A DNA stretch of 37,389 bases, from positions 62,001 through 99,389 of the forward strand of contig JAUGWO010000031.1 in NCBI GenBank assembly GCA_049724395.1, in the 5' to 3' direction. A program made the position numbers and the translations under genes. This DNA is from Spongospora subterranea f. sp. subterranea. Taxonomy: Eukaryota. Below are positions 12,609-26,400 of the stretch, piece by piece; the stretch's first letter is position 1; each line of letters starts with the position of its first letter. The notes under the pieces were generated by a model, which saw nothing but the letters and a program-made list of their open reading frames with translations, searched no databases and was not told the DNA's origin.

Positions 12609-13673
12609 TTTTATATATGAAAAGATATCTACCGTTTATCGAGCAGAACTTGTTTACTCTCAGCCATTAATGGCGTTCGACATTAATTAACTGCCGATGA
12701 ACAAGAACGTGATTCTATCGGCGCCGATTTCCTATTTACTAGTTGTCTGCATAGCTTGGCTCTCTGAAAACCGGTCTAGACCGTATCGACTTATCGAATT
12801 TGTGTTTGCAGGCATATTGACCTGATACACGAAAGATGGAGGTCAGGGAATTTTCAGCAACGGATTGGAGTTTATTATTGTTCAGCTTAAGCTCCATCGC
12901 CAGAATGAGCGGGCTGAACTGATATATCCGCCTTCACTTTAGTGTGCAGACAGAAATGGGAAAGAAATGAAAGTTGTGATGGGCTGTTTCAGCAATAACA
13001 CCTGTAGCAACCCCAACCAGCCCCAGGGCACTGGAACACGCGAATTCACCGATGATTCGTCAGTGCACCTTATCGGAAATTATGCCGATGTTCGTCGCTT
13101 GGGGAGCGAATACCATGACATTTAATCCCCATCTCATTAAAGATCAACACTTGCAGCAGTACTGGCTTTCCCCATTACCCTTTAATGTTGATAGTTCCGT
13201 GGTGTTTGGGCCAGAGGGTGGGGTCATCATTCAACAAGTTCACTCAACCGCTCCTTTTTTCTGAAAAGTAAAGACACTGTGTCTGTTGACAAAATTGTGA
13301 GATGGGTAATCAGAACCCGGTCATAGGAATTCTCTTGTGTTCGTTCTAACTACAGCCAACAACGGCGCCAACCTCAACTTCTGTAAACTTTAACTTTCTA
13401 ATTGTATAGAGCGCCCTCCATTCCTGTAGGGAAACGACGGCGGCATATGTATTCAATAGTGCAAAAAAGGTCGACAGGCAAGTGCAAGTCAATTTAACAT
13501 GTCAATTTGTTCAATGATGCAAATTGGTATATCGGACGAAGGACATCATTTTGAAAAAAAATGTATCCAAAAATACAGGGTTTGCTCCACAAATATTGCT
13601 CTAGCATTGCAATTTGACTCGCCAAGTGAAAACGTTGGCGTATGGTTGCGATTCTGATGAAGAGTATGGGAGA

Positions 13674-15065
13674 TTAATGTTGGAGTTTTGGCATTGCACA
13701 TCTCATCAAGCCGTCGTACAAAACAGCTTTATCAAGATTCCTCCCGATCAGAATCAACTTGGTAAACGGGGAGTCGTCTTGCGTCCATGGTAAACCGGAT
13801 TCGCAATCAAACAGACGCTGGACGGATTGGATATGGATTCTATTGGGATCGTTAACGCTGTTGACAATACCCTTAATCCGATATATTGTCCAGGGATATT
13901 CCTACGCGGGCACAGTTTAACATAAACGGATTTGGCAAAAAGCGCAACGAATTCGTACTGGATTTTCTTCAAGTTGATCCCATAATATTAACCCCAACCA
14001 TTGATTCACCTTGTCCATGTTGAACGCAAACGATTCATCATAAGGACCTAGAACTAGAGCGGTGATAGAATGGTCATGAAAACACAGCGATGAACTGAGC
14101 ACCGATGCGTCTTTGATATTGTAGGCGGACAGATTCGTCAACTGTAAAAGCGGGCCAATGTTTATCATCCCCATGATGGACAACGAATCAGCTAACCTGT
14201 TGATACGATATATCGCCACGAACTGTGGTCAGAACAGGAGCTGTAATATTGATCTCCTTGATTTTACTCAGTAATGAATCACCTTCAGCGATGCTGATCA
14301 AATCAGTTTTATTCAAGACAAGACGATCAGCGTATGCGATCTGCCTTTGAAGAGAAAGTAATTCCTGTGGTTTAACAAGTCAACAAGAATCGAGCTCCAA
14401 CCGCGTTCAACCAGAAATTACGAACATTTGGGGTAGCGTTGGATGATTGCTGGGATAAGTTGGCGCCATCCAGAACCGTTACGATCCCATCGAGATGCAC
14501 AGGAACCTGAAGCGCTTGATCAACCCATAGCATTGCGGCAACCTCCCCTGCACCAAAAATTAGTTGATGGCAAGACGCGCTGACTCGAATTCATATACAA
14601 ACTGACCGGGATCGGCAAGACCGCTACATTCCAATATCATATAGTCGAACCGGCACATGCCCACAAGGCGCTCTAAAGCACCAATAAAATCGCTTTTAAC
14701 TGAACAGCAAATACACCCTGATACCAACAAGTTTCCTCAGTCAGGGATTCATCTCAGCAAAATCAATCAGAGGTTTACCTTGGGCTAATTCGACGAAGTT
14801 ATCAAACACTTGTCCATTCTCGGAATCTGTTAACGACGGTTTATCCATCCCTCCATCCGAGAATTCGTTTTGAATCAGGGCGACGCGCATGGAATTTGCC
14901 ATCATTTGCGACATGATCTCTCTGTATTCCGAAACTCACACAAAATCAACAACATTTACTGAGCGGCTGTTCCGACCGTATCAGGGTTGTCTTTCCGGCG
15001 CCAAGCCAGCCGCCAACTACGGTTAGCGGTACCGACCTGATTTCATCAGGATTAGGAGACGACAT
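13674..15065 (-). CDS. CobW/COG0523-family zinc metallochaperone GTPase (CBWD/ZNG1-like), multi-exon
   Basis: Spliced translation: VPLTVVGGWLGAGKTTLI (Walker A), ALIQNEFS, ELAQGCICCSVK (CxCC), ILECSGLADPG, LDGIVTVLD, QIAYADRLVLNKTDL and C-terminal IYRIKG...KLILIGRNLD. TAA at 13674-13676. Confidence 0.92.
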
Positions 15066-15854
15066 CAGGGTCACGCGTTGTCAAGGCGCTTTTCGGTCAT
15101 GAAAACTCGGATTCGAAAAAAAAAACGCCAACCTTATCCGGACTTTGCGTTGCGGATCAATTCCAACCAGGAAAACCTGTTCTGGCTCGAAAGAAATTCT
15201 TGACAAAAACACCTTTGACCAACTTCGGAATCTGATTTTATTCATGTTACGAGTGGCCTTGGCATGTGACAGTGAATGTGTTGTTACAACATTATGATAC
15301 GCCTTGGCACAAACACAAATGTGAGTTCAATGGGCAATATCTATGTTGAAGAATTATCGGTCGTCTGTTGCTAGGCATTGATTGACCGTTTTGACGCTTT
15401 TACAGACGCTGTTGGTCCATATTGACCTTCATGACGAGTTTTCTGGGTATCATATGGGTATATGTTTCGAAGTTCGCGAATTGAGATAGGGGAATAACTG
15501 TACGATCCGCTTGTTCCCAGCACATTGTGGTGGGAATGGCCAACATTTATTATCATACCATAGTGCAGGTGCAAAAGGCAAAATTGTCATCGTGATGCTG
15601 GTTTCTGTTCTGCGGTTAATGGACTAACAGAAAAAAATAAAGATCTCGGTGACATTCTGCAGATTTTAACAGGGGGATTATTCATATTAGACACTGGAAA
15701 GGAGTGTTTTTGGATCAGGAAAGTGGATCAAGAGGGATAACTGGGCGGATAATACCATAAATCATACACAGTTAGTTCTGATAACCGTGTTACGTCTCTC
15801 ACTATCGGATCAGCACCTTTCCTATTAACACCATATTCGATATTCCCCCTCTGA

Positions 15855-16155
15855 CCCTGTCGTTATCTTCATTGGCCGACCCTTTCCTCATCTGTACCCA
15901 CAGGCTATTCCTCCTTGTCATTATCCTCATCCATTGGCCGACCCTTTCCTCATCTTTACCCACAGGCTATTCTCCTTGTCATTATCCTCATCCATTGGCC
16001 GATCCTGTCCTCATCTTTACCCGCAGGCTATTCCTCCTTGTCATTATCCTGATCCATTGGCCGACCCTCTCCTCATCTTTACCCACAGGCGATTTCTCCT
16101 TGTCACTATCCTGATCCATTGGCCGACCCTTTCCTCATCTTTCCTCATCCATTGG
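15855..16155. repeat. 62-bp minisatellite, ~4.5 copies, just upstream of SNW1
   Basis: CATTGGCCGACCCTTTCCTCATCTTTACCCACAGGCTATTCCTCCTTGTCATTATCCTCATC units starting near 15870, 15932, 15993, 16055 and 16117. Confidence 0.92.
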
Positions 16156-16232
16156 TTCTGCCCACTTTAATGAACAACTCCGCCAACGGACTTTACTCGA
16201 TCGCATTTTGAAAAAAGTGCAAAGAGGTTGGG

Positions 16233-18858
16233 ATGTCGCTTGCCCAACTGCTACCCAATGCACAACGACGCCTGACCTCGGTGACGGGTACCAAAACTGC
16301 TACACCTACTGCTGCCAAACCTACAGCAATTGTAGCGCCCAATACCGTTCCCCCTATCGGCCAACGACAGGGATATATTCCCCGAAATGACTCCTGTTAT
16401 GGCGATGGTGGCGCCTTTCCGGAAATACATAGATTACAGTATCCTTTGGGAATGGGAAGAAGAAACCAATCAAATTCTGGGGTATTTATTTCAGCAAATC
16501 TCATCTTTTTGTTTCGGTTTTTACGAAAGTGTGACTTTTCAGGCAATTGCGACATTATCTGTCGGAGCAGATGGTGCAGTTGATTATAGCGGGATTGTTA
16601 CGCAGAGAGTTCGAAAGGATCAGATGGTATATAAATCATATAATGATTTAGTTCCGAAAGACCCCAGCCAGGACGAACTTGCGAAACCCGACGCAGAACA
16701 AGAACGAGCCATTACTGTATTGCGCGTAATGTATGTTGTTTGGGATTTTGCTTAATTTATATAGGAGGAAACAAGGCTCGCTCTTGAGAAAATTGTTGAT
16801 GTTAAAATATCTGCTGGACAGCCACGATCTAAACCGGTATTTTATGAGAAAAAACTAGTTCGGTGCAACCGAAAAGAGTTTGCTTTAGGTTGAGAATGCT
16901 CATGCTGTCGGTCCGTCGTACGTGCGTTATTCGTCGAAAGATGGCGGCACGAGGGTTGTTCGACTGCAGACGTTAGCAGTAGATCCAATAGAACCTGCGA
17001 AATTCAAGCACATGAAAGCTCCGGCAGGGCCGCCGTCTCCACCAGTTCCAATAATGCATTCCCCACCCAGAAAAGTCACTGTTGCAGACCAGAATATGTG
17101 GAAAATTCCTCCATGTATTTCTAATTGGAAAAATATCAAAGGGTCGTTGCTGTAAAATACCACATTGTTGTGCTAAATCCTCTTTTGTGCAGGTACACAA
17201 TCGCAGCGGATAAGCGGCTTGCAAGTGATGGTCGCGGTCTTCAAGAAGTGCAAATAAATGACGCCTTCGCATCGCTTTCCGAAACGCTGTATTTGGCCGA
17301 GAGGAACGCAAGGGTAATGGATTTTATTTGATTTTATTTCGTCTTCGTTATTTATCTCATGTTCTGTGTAGGCGGAAGTTGCCGCGCGTCAGAGTATGCA
17401 GAGTCGAATCGAGTTGAAGAAGAGGGAAGTTAAGGAGCAGCAACTATTAGAGTTGGCCGCTGAAGCTAGAGAAAAGCGTGCTGGAATCAATCAAACTATT
17501 CGGTATATCGCTTGAGAGACATATTTCCGCACTTTTGCTCGATATAATTCTGGTATTTTAGACAAGTCGACACTTACGGTGCAGGAGATGATGAGGGCGG
17601 TGCCAACGGCAAAACAGAGATTGAGGAACTAGAGGAACGTGAAGAAGTTAGGGCGGATCGCAAAAGAGAATTACGTAGAGAGCTTCGAATGTCGCACATG
17701 GGCAAGAACGCTCGGCAAAGCAAGATGGAGCGGGACAGCAACCGAGATGTTTCTGAGATGGTTGCCCTTGGTAAGCAACATTCTCATTTCAAATTGTCAA
17801 ATAGTTTTTTAACGTTTGAGTTTAGGCAAAAAAGTCGGAGTTGGAGGTGGCGATTCGCTGTTTGATCAGCGATTGTTCAACCAGTCGCAAGGAATGTCGT
17901 CTGGATTTGGTGCTGACGATGCTTATAATGCATACGATTCGCATCTATTTGAATCCAGGGCTGGACAGCACATTTATAGGCCAGCTCAGCAAGCTGATCA
18001 AGATTACGCTCCTGTGCAAGACATGCTTGATAAGGTTGGCGAAGTTGTTTTACCATTATATATATTTTTACATTCCCGCCATAGTCGGTCGGTAAATTTC
18101 AACCGGCACGAGGCTTTGACGGTGCAGATACAACAGTTGAGCAAAGGGCGGCCGGACGCTCTAAGCCGGTTCAGTTCGAAAGGGGCCCTGAAGATTCGAT
18201 CAAGATGGACCAGGAGCGGATGACTGCTGAGATTGCTGCTTCGGAACCGACACCGTATTTGTTTGAACCTATTTTTGTTTCGTCAATACTAATACCTATG
18301 TGTAGTGCTGCTGTCGAATCCGACCCATTCGGCTTGGATAAGTTCCTAACTGCAGGGCAACGTGGTGGTCGTGGTATCAATGTTGGTCAAAGCGGTTTCT
18401 TGACCGCAGCTGCAGGAGGCAGTGGTTCTGGTGAAGCTCCTTCTTCGACAAGACCAAGGCAGATCTTCACTGCAGCAACAGATATTCCCGATACCTCCCG
18501 TGGCGACTCCCATAAACCGGTTCGGCAAAGATCACCAACACCGCCAAGGAGCGATCAGGGTCGTGATCGTCAACTGGCGTCCATGACACATCCGGATCGC
18601 CGTGCCATGATGTCACCTCGTAGACGGGTTTCTCGTTCACCACCATCAAGGCGGCGTACATCGAGACACTCTCGCGACCGTAGATCGTCATCCAGTTCAC
18701 GCGACAGCAGATCCCCTATTCGCCGTGATTCATGGTCGAAAACGAATGCTCGCGTATCTAATCGCCGTGATCGCTCATTCTCATCGTCTTCATCCTCATC
18801 CAGTAGCGATGGTGACGACAGTGGTCGTCAACAACGGCAGCGCCGTCGTCGCGAGTGA
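16233..18858 (+). CDS. SNW1: SNW/SKI-interacting splicing factor (Prp45/SKIP), multi-exon
   Basis: Motifs GDGGAFPEIHRLQYPLGMGR, DPIEPAKFKH..P.GPPSPPVPIMHSPPRKVT, WKIPPCISNWKN.KGYTI..DKRLA.DGRGLQ, RDVSE..ALG, FDQRLFNQSQGM.SGF and DPFGLDKFL. Exons are separated by short GT-AG introns. Confidence 0.96.
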
Positions 18859-18934
18859 ACTATATCTAATACTACAAAAGATAATCGTTTATAACAACCA
18901 ATCGTTGCAGAACATGATTATTCTCAACAGTAGT

Positions 18935-19861
18935 CTACTCGGCTTTGGCGCGTTCTTCTAAAGCTTCCTTTTTAGGCTGTGCGACTGGAGCAGTCTGGCC
19001 TTTTTTCATTTTGCGCTGCATGAACATATTGAACGCGAATACAGCCACTAATAACATGGTAGATCTGCAAAAATTGTCAACGAAACTTGAAAGACAATTA
19101 GCGAACAAGCGAACCCATATTTTGACAAGAAGGTTTTTTCTACAGAAAGTACAGTTCGATTAGCGAACCAAACTATGACCTTCCCGTCTTTAGACACAGT
19201 TGTAAACTGGAATGCCTGGCTAGAGACGACATTGAAAACGTATGTAGCCGTCTTTCCAGATGGAAAAGTAAATTCTCCAACCGATACAGCCACCCCATTA
19301 GGAACCACATCAAAGTGAAAATCGTAGGCTGGGGCGATGTCCCTACTCTATATAAGAAAAGCAGATTTTTTTACAAACGCAAAAATCTCCTACTCTCCCT
19401 CTTTGGCAGACTTGAATACGCCAGAGTTGGGATCATCTGAAAAGAACTCACTATGGAGAAAATGTGAACTTGGGAATATGATATTGATGACAAATTGCCA
19501 TACATTTGTACAGACCCTCGGTCACTAACTACCCCGACATCGGTATTGTTAACGAAAGTTTCGCCGACAAGGAACGATCCATCCTCGGTGATGTTCATTT
19601 TCATCAACGAATGTGGCTCGACAATTACACCCGTTGATGAGTCTCCAGTTCCAACACTGACGTCCCACTCCCTGATGTACGCGTATCAGCGACGCGATTC
19701 AGGACCGGTGAACAACAGCGGCAACAACATACGCACCCTTTTATGAACTCCTTGAACTGGAACGTCGGGGCTACCGGGACAATGGGATCAACAGCTGCAT
19801 TGGACAGCGCCAGAATTGAGGCGACTGCCAATATCGCCGCCGACATGAAATTCGCAATCAT
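18935..19861 (-). CDS. Type I membrane protein (signal peptide, beta-rich lumenal domain, C-terminal TM), 5 exons
   Basis: Spliced: MIANFMSAAILAVASILALSNA..FIKGEWDV..SVQIEFFSDDPNSGVF..EDIAPAYDFHF..EKTFLSKYGSTMLLVAVFAFNMFMQRKMKK..AKAE*. All four introns are GT-AG and keep the frame. The juxtamembrane KTFLSKY loosely recalls EMC10-like proteins (weak). Confidence 0.75.
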
Positions 19862-20014
19862 AACTGGCTCTGCAAAAGCGTTTTGATCGATGAACCACTT
19901 GTTTGGTCACGTAATTATTGTACAGTACCTTGGCCTGTGCGGGATTTAACAAATTGCGCAGTTGAAGCAACGGCTGCGCTGTAGCAGTATATCCGCTGTG
20001 TACAGTGTACACAG

Positions 20015-21139
20015 CAATAGAGTGCGGCCTATCCCCTCTACCGCGCGCGGTTCAACCGCGCGAGATGCTTGGACATTCGCACAATAGGGTACACTATTGA
20101 CTGTGACACAGTCTAATAATGCAAAGATATATATTGCACTGAGCGAGGATAGCGGATCGCAGTTTAGAGTTGCGGATCACGTCATATGCCGAATCGATTC
20201 TCTCTTCATCTAGTGTCTTCTGTTTCAGTTTCAACAATGCAATCTTCGAGGTGGGGATTATTTCTACATATAATTAACGGTTCAATTATTTCTGATGGTT
20301 TTTGTTTAGTCAACTATCGCCTAGCACTTATGCTGCCGTCGCTGAGATGGCTGTATGGGAAAGGTGTTTTATTCTAATCGCATACTGTTCTTCACCTTAA
20401 CTCCTCTATAGTGATTCATCAGTAATCGCCGATCACATTCCAGACACTACAGTTGTAGTAGCGTCCATTGCTACGATTCCTGAAAGTGTTGGCGATGAAC
20501 GTATTCCATTTTGTAGAGCCACAACGCAAGAGGTTGTCCGGCCTGAATCGTCATTGCTGCGAACAAGCGAGCGAAGCAGCGACTCGTCCAATGCAGTTCC
20601 ATCCGAGTCTAGTGAGACTCAAGATCCCGAATCGGCGATGGAGGCGTTGAACTCCGAGATGCACTCCAACTTAGGATATGGCGAGACGTCTTTTTCCAAA
20701 GCGTCAAAATCGAACGCACTGCGAGTGCTTCGAAAATATTCCAAGTACACAGGACATTTTATTTTTAAACGGTGGATGAGCAAAATCATAAATACATGAT
20801 GTTAAGTGTTTAATTCAATATTTTGCGTGTGTTGAAAGAGTTCAAGTTCAAAATAAATGCTGACCCCTATTTGCTACATGGAATAAAATAGAGTAGTTTG
20901 CGATTGAGTCTTTCCAAAGTACTCGCAGTGCTTTTGATGTTAACGCTTTCGAAAAGACGTCTCGGCATCCGATAGATCCGATACCACAGTATACTGAAGG
21001 TCTATGGTGCGCACTGTGCGATATAGTTTTGCAATGAATTGACTGTGTCACAGTCATTAGTGTACCTTATTGTGCGAGTGTCCAAGCATCTCGCGCGGTT
21101 GGACCGCGCGCGGTAGAAAAAAGCCACCGCATACTATTG
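20015..21139. mobile_element. Non-coding fold-back element with long imperfect terminal inverted repeats
   Basis: TCTACCGCGCGCGGTTCAACCGCGCGAGATGCTTGGACA..GACTGTGACACAGTC (~20037-20115) is the reverse complement of ~21040-21117. Weaker symmetry extends out to CAATAG/CTATTG, and 20675-20765 pairs with ~20880-20970. Confidence 0.8.
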
Positions 21140-21453
21140 ATAGGAGCGTGGGGTTTATTGGCCAAGTGTTGATAGGATGTTGGGACGATATGATAATGTG
21201 ATCACAGCTATTGTTGCTATGATGGCTATATCTAGACAGGCTGAGCCTGACTATACTATTGGGTAAATCAGTCGTAATCTATTTACAGAATATCAGGGGA
21301 TTGCCGATATTCAGGTCCCAACCATTACCGATTACAAATATCAATATTGATCGTGAAGGCGGGGCTGTCAATGTGGATATATCAAGGAGGTATCAGTGAA
21401 ATATATCATAATCCTAACCTAAAACGATATGAAATGGTGATATTCCTTTAGAC

Positions 21454-23388
21454 CTGATCTGGCAGTTAATCAGTTGACCAAAGAGGAGAGTATAGAGATC
21501 ATGCGTCTCCGTTTTGCAATGGAATCTGACATCGCTATCTCATTCTGTTCCTCACTGATTCCATACCAAGATCCTCCCTTTAGTATGAGGGACTCATTTA
21601 TACTACTGGCGATGGCGCTAATCCGACTACCTATTATAGACCATATTGACGACACCCTATTGATCGATGATCCGCTCAACGAAGTGCCCATAACCAACTT
21701 GACACCAAATCGTCCTTCTAAAGAGATCGTAAATGCAGTTAACGGTAACAGGTACCGACGAGATGTTAATTCGAACCATTCTCTGTACCATATCGCAATT
21801 ACTACTCCAGATACAACGAGTTACAAAGGCTTTTGAAGGATATCGACAGTGAAATCATCAATTTTGAATATGATACACATCATCGTACCTTAGTTCAGCT
21901 TGCGATAAGTTTAAGATTTAATATTCATCACCCCGCCATTAATTTCATATCTCACTAATGCCAACTAATATCGGGTCAACTCAGCAATGAAGTTGCCATT
22001 GTTCTTTTGAAGAGTGGCGCCGATCCGTTTATCAGAGACCAGAATGGCAACACCGCAGGTTTTAATGCAGTTGCCAGCGAAATGTATTGCGACTCTGTCA
22101 TACTCCAATCACCCTCTTTTGATTAAATGTGCACAGGATTGATGTTGTTGATGCAATATTCTCTCAATACCCCACCCTTGTTGATATTCCTAACAACTCT
22201 GGGTTAACACCCACCGACACTCTGTTCATATCACCACTTATGTCCGATTCGTAAGAAAACTTATCATGCTTTGTAGAACCTTTCCACTTCCCTTAGATTG
22301 ATTGTAGTTCTGATCATTTCAAGTTATACGGTGGTCCTCTCGAGGATCTCCCTGAAAACCTTTTCCGACCAAGTGGTCCTCCTGACAGTATCATCGAAGC
22401 AATTCGTAATAACAGGTACCGAACTGGTGTCAATTTACAGCATTTCATATCAAATAATTGTTGACACTACTTTAGATCTAACCAGCTGGTCAAGCTATTG
22501 AGGGATCTGAAAATTGATATCAATTGTCAATATGCAACAGATTATCGCACGCTTCTTCACCTTGCCATAAGTTCATTGTCGTAATATTCAACCACCGCCC
22601 TTCTATTCCACACCTTCCCAACAACTATGTGATAACCTCAGCGATAAAGTCGCCATTGTTCTTTTGGAATGTGGCGCCGATCCTGCTATCAGAGACCAGA
22701 ATGGCAACAACGCATTACATAGTGCTGCTCTTGCTGAGGACATGTATTGCGACTATATCATGCTCCAATCGATCTTGTGTGATCAATTGTTTACAGAAAA
22801 GTTGTTGATGCGATCGCAAAGAGTCATGCTCATCTTATCTATGACCTGAACAATGCACATCAATCTCCCGTCGATATTGTTATGTATGTGCAGCATTTTG
22901 TTGTCTTTGTTCAATTCATCACGTTATGACTTTCAGGACACGTCGCTGCTTTACCAGTTGAAAATACTCTTTCTGACTTGGCGATCGATTCCGCCAATCG
23001 ATGCGAATAAACTTCGCCGGCAATCTTTGTCACTTTCATTGTATTTTCAATACCTTTATTTAATATTTGGCACAAGAAGTCTGCCAAATGGTGCTTGTTG
23101 TTTCGTTAACGATAGAAAAAATTCGACTCACGGAAAACGAGTCTCCATTCAGCAAAGTTTCCCCCTAAAAGTCATAAACCGGGAAAACTTTGGGAACACG
23201 CCATTTGTCAAACAGTTTCGAGGAACTCGCTCATATAGATCAAATGGGGTTATCCATTTATTCTCCACAACTGAATGTTAGTGAAGATTCCTGTAAGTTC
23301 ATGATATGACAAGAACCTCCGGCCCATGTCGATTTGTGTTGATTATCTGTACTACATATTCAAGGCTAACCGGACATCCTGACAGACA
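21454..23388 (+). pseudogene. Decayed ankyrin-repeat gene, copy A of an inverted duplication
   Basis: Ankyrin-like segments VAIVLLKSGADPFIRDQNGNTA (~21990-22060) and VAIVLLECGADPAIRDQNGNNALHSAA (~22650-22730), an internal ~660-bp repeat. Frames are broken by stops and frameshifts. Confidence 0.7.
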
Positions 23389-23464
23389 TCCATTTGATGA
23401 ATGGTGACGCCCCACATCTTCACATCCATTTGATGAAGATCTCCCCTCTTTCATCTCGCGTCAT

Positions 23465-26400
23465 TTGGGGAGAGGATAATGGTGGAGAGGATAATTGGGG
23501 AGAGGTTAATTCGGGAGAGGATTATTGGGGAGAGGTTAATTCGGGAGAGGATTATTGGGGAGAGGATAATTGGGGAGAGGTTAATTGGGGAGAGGTTAAT
23601 TGGGGAGAGGAGAATTGGGGAGAGGTTAATTGGGGAGAGGAGAATTGGGGAGAGGTTAATTGGGGAGAGGAGAATTGGGGAGAGGATTATTGGGGAGAGG
23701 TTAATTGGGGAGAGGAGAATTGGGGAGAGGTTAATTGGGGAGAGATAGGATAATTGGGGAGAGGTTAATTGGGAGAGGATAATTGGGGAGAGGTTAATTG
23801 GGGAGAGGATAATTGGGGAGAGGTTAATTGGGGAGAGGATAATTGGGGAGAGGTTAATTGGGGAGAGGTTAATTGGGGAGAGGATAATTGGGGAGAGGAT
23901 AATTGGGGAGAGGATAATTGGGGAGAGGATAATTGGGGAGAGGTTAATTGGGGAGAGGATAATTGGGGAGAGGTTAATTGGGGAGAGGATAATTGGGGAG
24001 AGGTTAATTGGGGAGAGGTTAATTGGGGAGAGGTTAATTGGGGAGAGGATTATTGGGGAGAGGTTAATTGGGGAGAGGATAATTGGGGAGAGGTTAATTG
24101 GGGAGAGGTTAATTGGGAGAGGTTAATTGGGGAGAGGTTAATTGGGGAGAGGATAATTGGGGAGAGGTTAATTGGGGAGAGGATAATTGGGGAGAGGATT
24201 ATTGGGGAGAGGTTAATTGGGGAGAGGTTAATTGGGGAGAGGTTAATTGGGGAGAGGATAATTGGGGAGAGGTTAATTGGGGAGAGGATAATTGGGGAGA
24301 GGATAATTGGGGAGAGGATAATTGGGGAGAGGAGGTTAATTGGGAGAGGATAATTGGGGAGAGGATAATTGGGGAGAGGATAATTGGGGAGAGGATTATT
24401 GGGGAGAGGATAATTGGGGAGAGGATAATTGGGGAGAGGTTAATTGGGGAGAGGATAATTGGGGAGAGGTTAATTGGGGAGAGGATAATTGGGGAGAGGT
24501 TAATTGGGGAGAGGTTAATTGGGGAGAGGATCCCCAATTGGGGATCCTATTGGGGAGAGAGAGGAATAATTGGACGGAGAGGATAATTGGGGAGAGGATT
24601 ATTGGGGAGAGGATAATTGGGGTTCTCTCGCTCTTGGCTCAACTGGGAGAAGGATAATTGGGGAGAGGTCAATTGGGGGACAGGTCTAATTTGGGGAGCA
24701 GGATAATTGGGGAATCTGTATATGGGGAATGAACTGGGGAGACTTTAATTGGGGAATTGTCACCAAATAATTGGGGGAGAGGATATTGGGGAGAGGATCC
24801 GGGGACAGGATCCTTGGGGAGAGGATAATTGGGGAGAGGAGCGAATTGCAATGCAGAGGTTAATTGAGGAGAGGATTCTTGGGGACAAGGCATAAGCTGG
24901 GAGAGGATAATTGGGGAGAGGTTAATTGGGGAGAGGATTATTGGGGACAAGGAGTAATTGGGGAGAGGATAATTGGGGAGAGGCGCAATTGGGGAGAGGA
25001 TCGCTAATTGGGGAGAGGATAATTGGGAAAGAGAGATAATTGGGGAGGGATAATTGGGGAGAGGTTAATTGGGGAGAGGATCTCCCCAATTGGGGAGAAT
25101 TAACCTTAAACCTTGGGGAGAGGTTAATTGGGAGAGAGGATAATTGGGGAGAGGATCCCCAATAATCCTCTCCCAATTATTGGGGAGAATAATTGGGGAG
25201 AGGATAATTGGGGAGAGGATAATTGGGGAGAGGATAATGGGGGAGAGGATAAACCTTGGGGAGAGGATTCCCCAGATTATCCTCTCCCCAATTATCCTCT
25301 CCCCAATTATCCTCTCCCCAATTATCCTCTGGGAGAGGATTATTCCTCTCCCCAATTAATCCTCTCCCCAATTATCCTCTGGGAGAGGATAATTCCTCTG
25401 GGGAGATCCTAATTCCCCAATTATCCTCTCCCAATTAATCCTCTGGGGAGATCCTCTCCCCAATTATCCTCTCCCCAATTATCCTCTGGGAGATCCTCTC
25501 CCCAATTATCCTCTGGGGAGAGGATTATCCTCTCCCCAAGATCCTCTAATTTGGGGAGAGGATAATCCTGGGGAGAATTATCCTCTGGGGATTATCCTCT
25601 GGGGAATTAATCCTCTCCCAATTATCATCTCCCCAAGAGGTTAATCTCCCCAATTATCCTCTCCCAATTATCCTCTCCCAATTAATTCCCAATTAATCTC
25701 CCCAAGGATATCCTCTCCCCAATTAATCTGGGGAGATCCTCTCCCCAGGTTAATTGGGGAGATTAATCCTCTCCCCAAATCCTCTCCCCAATTAATCTGG
25801 GGAGATTAATCCTGGGGAGAGGATAATTGGGGAGAGGATAATTGGGGAGAGGATCTGGGGAGAGGATTATCTGGGAGAGGTTAATTGGGGAGATCCTCTG
25901 GGGAGATTATCCTCTGGGGAGAGGATCCTCTGGGGAGATTAATTGGGGAGATTAATTGGGGAGAGGATTAATTGGGGAGAGGATAATCCCCGGGGGAGAG
26001 GATAATTGGGGAGAGGTTAATTGGGAGAGGATAATTGGGGAGAGGATAATTGGGGAGATTAATTGGGAGATTAATTGGGAGAGGATTAATTGGGGAGAGG
26101 ATAATTGGGGAGAGGATAATTGGGGAGAGGTTAATAATCCTTGGGGAGAGGTTAATTCCTCTCCCCCAATTGGGAGATCCTCTCCCCAATGATTATTGGG
26201 GAGAGGTTAATCTCCCCAAGGATAATTGGGGAGAGGATAATGGGGAGAGGATAATCTGGGGAGAGGATAATTGGGGAGAGGATTATTGGGGAGATCCTCT
26301 AATTGGGGGAGATCCTCTAATTTGGGGGAGAATTAATTGGGGATTATCCTCTAATTGGGGAGAGGATTAATTGGGGAGAGGATAATGGGGAGAGGATAAT

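Noticed and set aside
12610..13670. Possible extra gene or second CobW C-terminal fragment (RITFLFIG on the minus strand)
   Set aside because: It is surrounded by stops and I could not build a consistent spliced frame.
15872..16170. ORFs of 78-80 aa
   Set aside because: They are translations of the 62-bp minisatellite.
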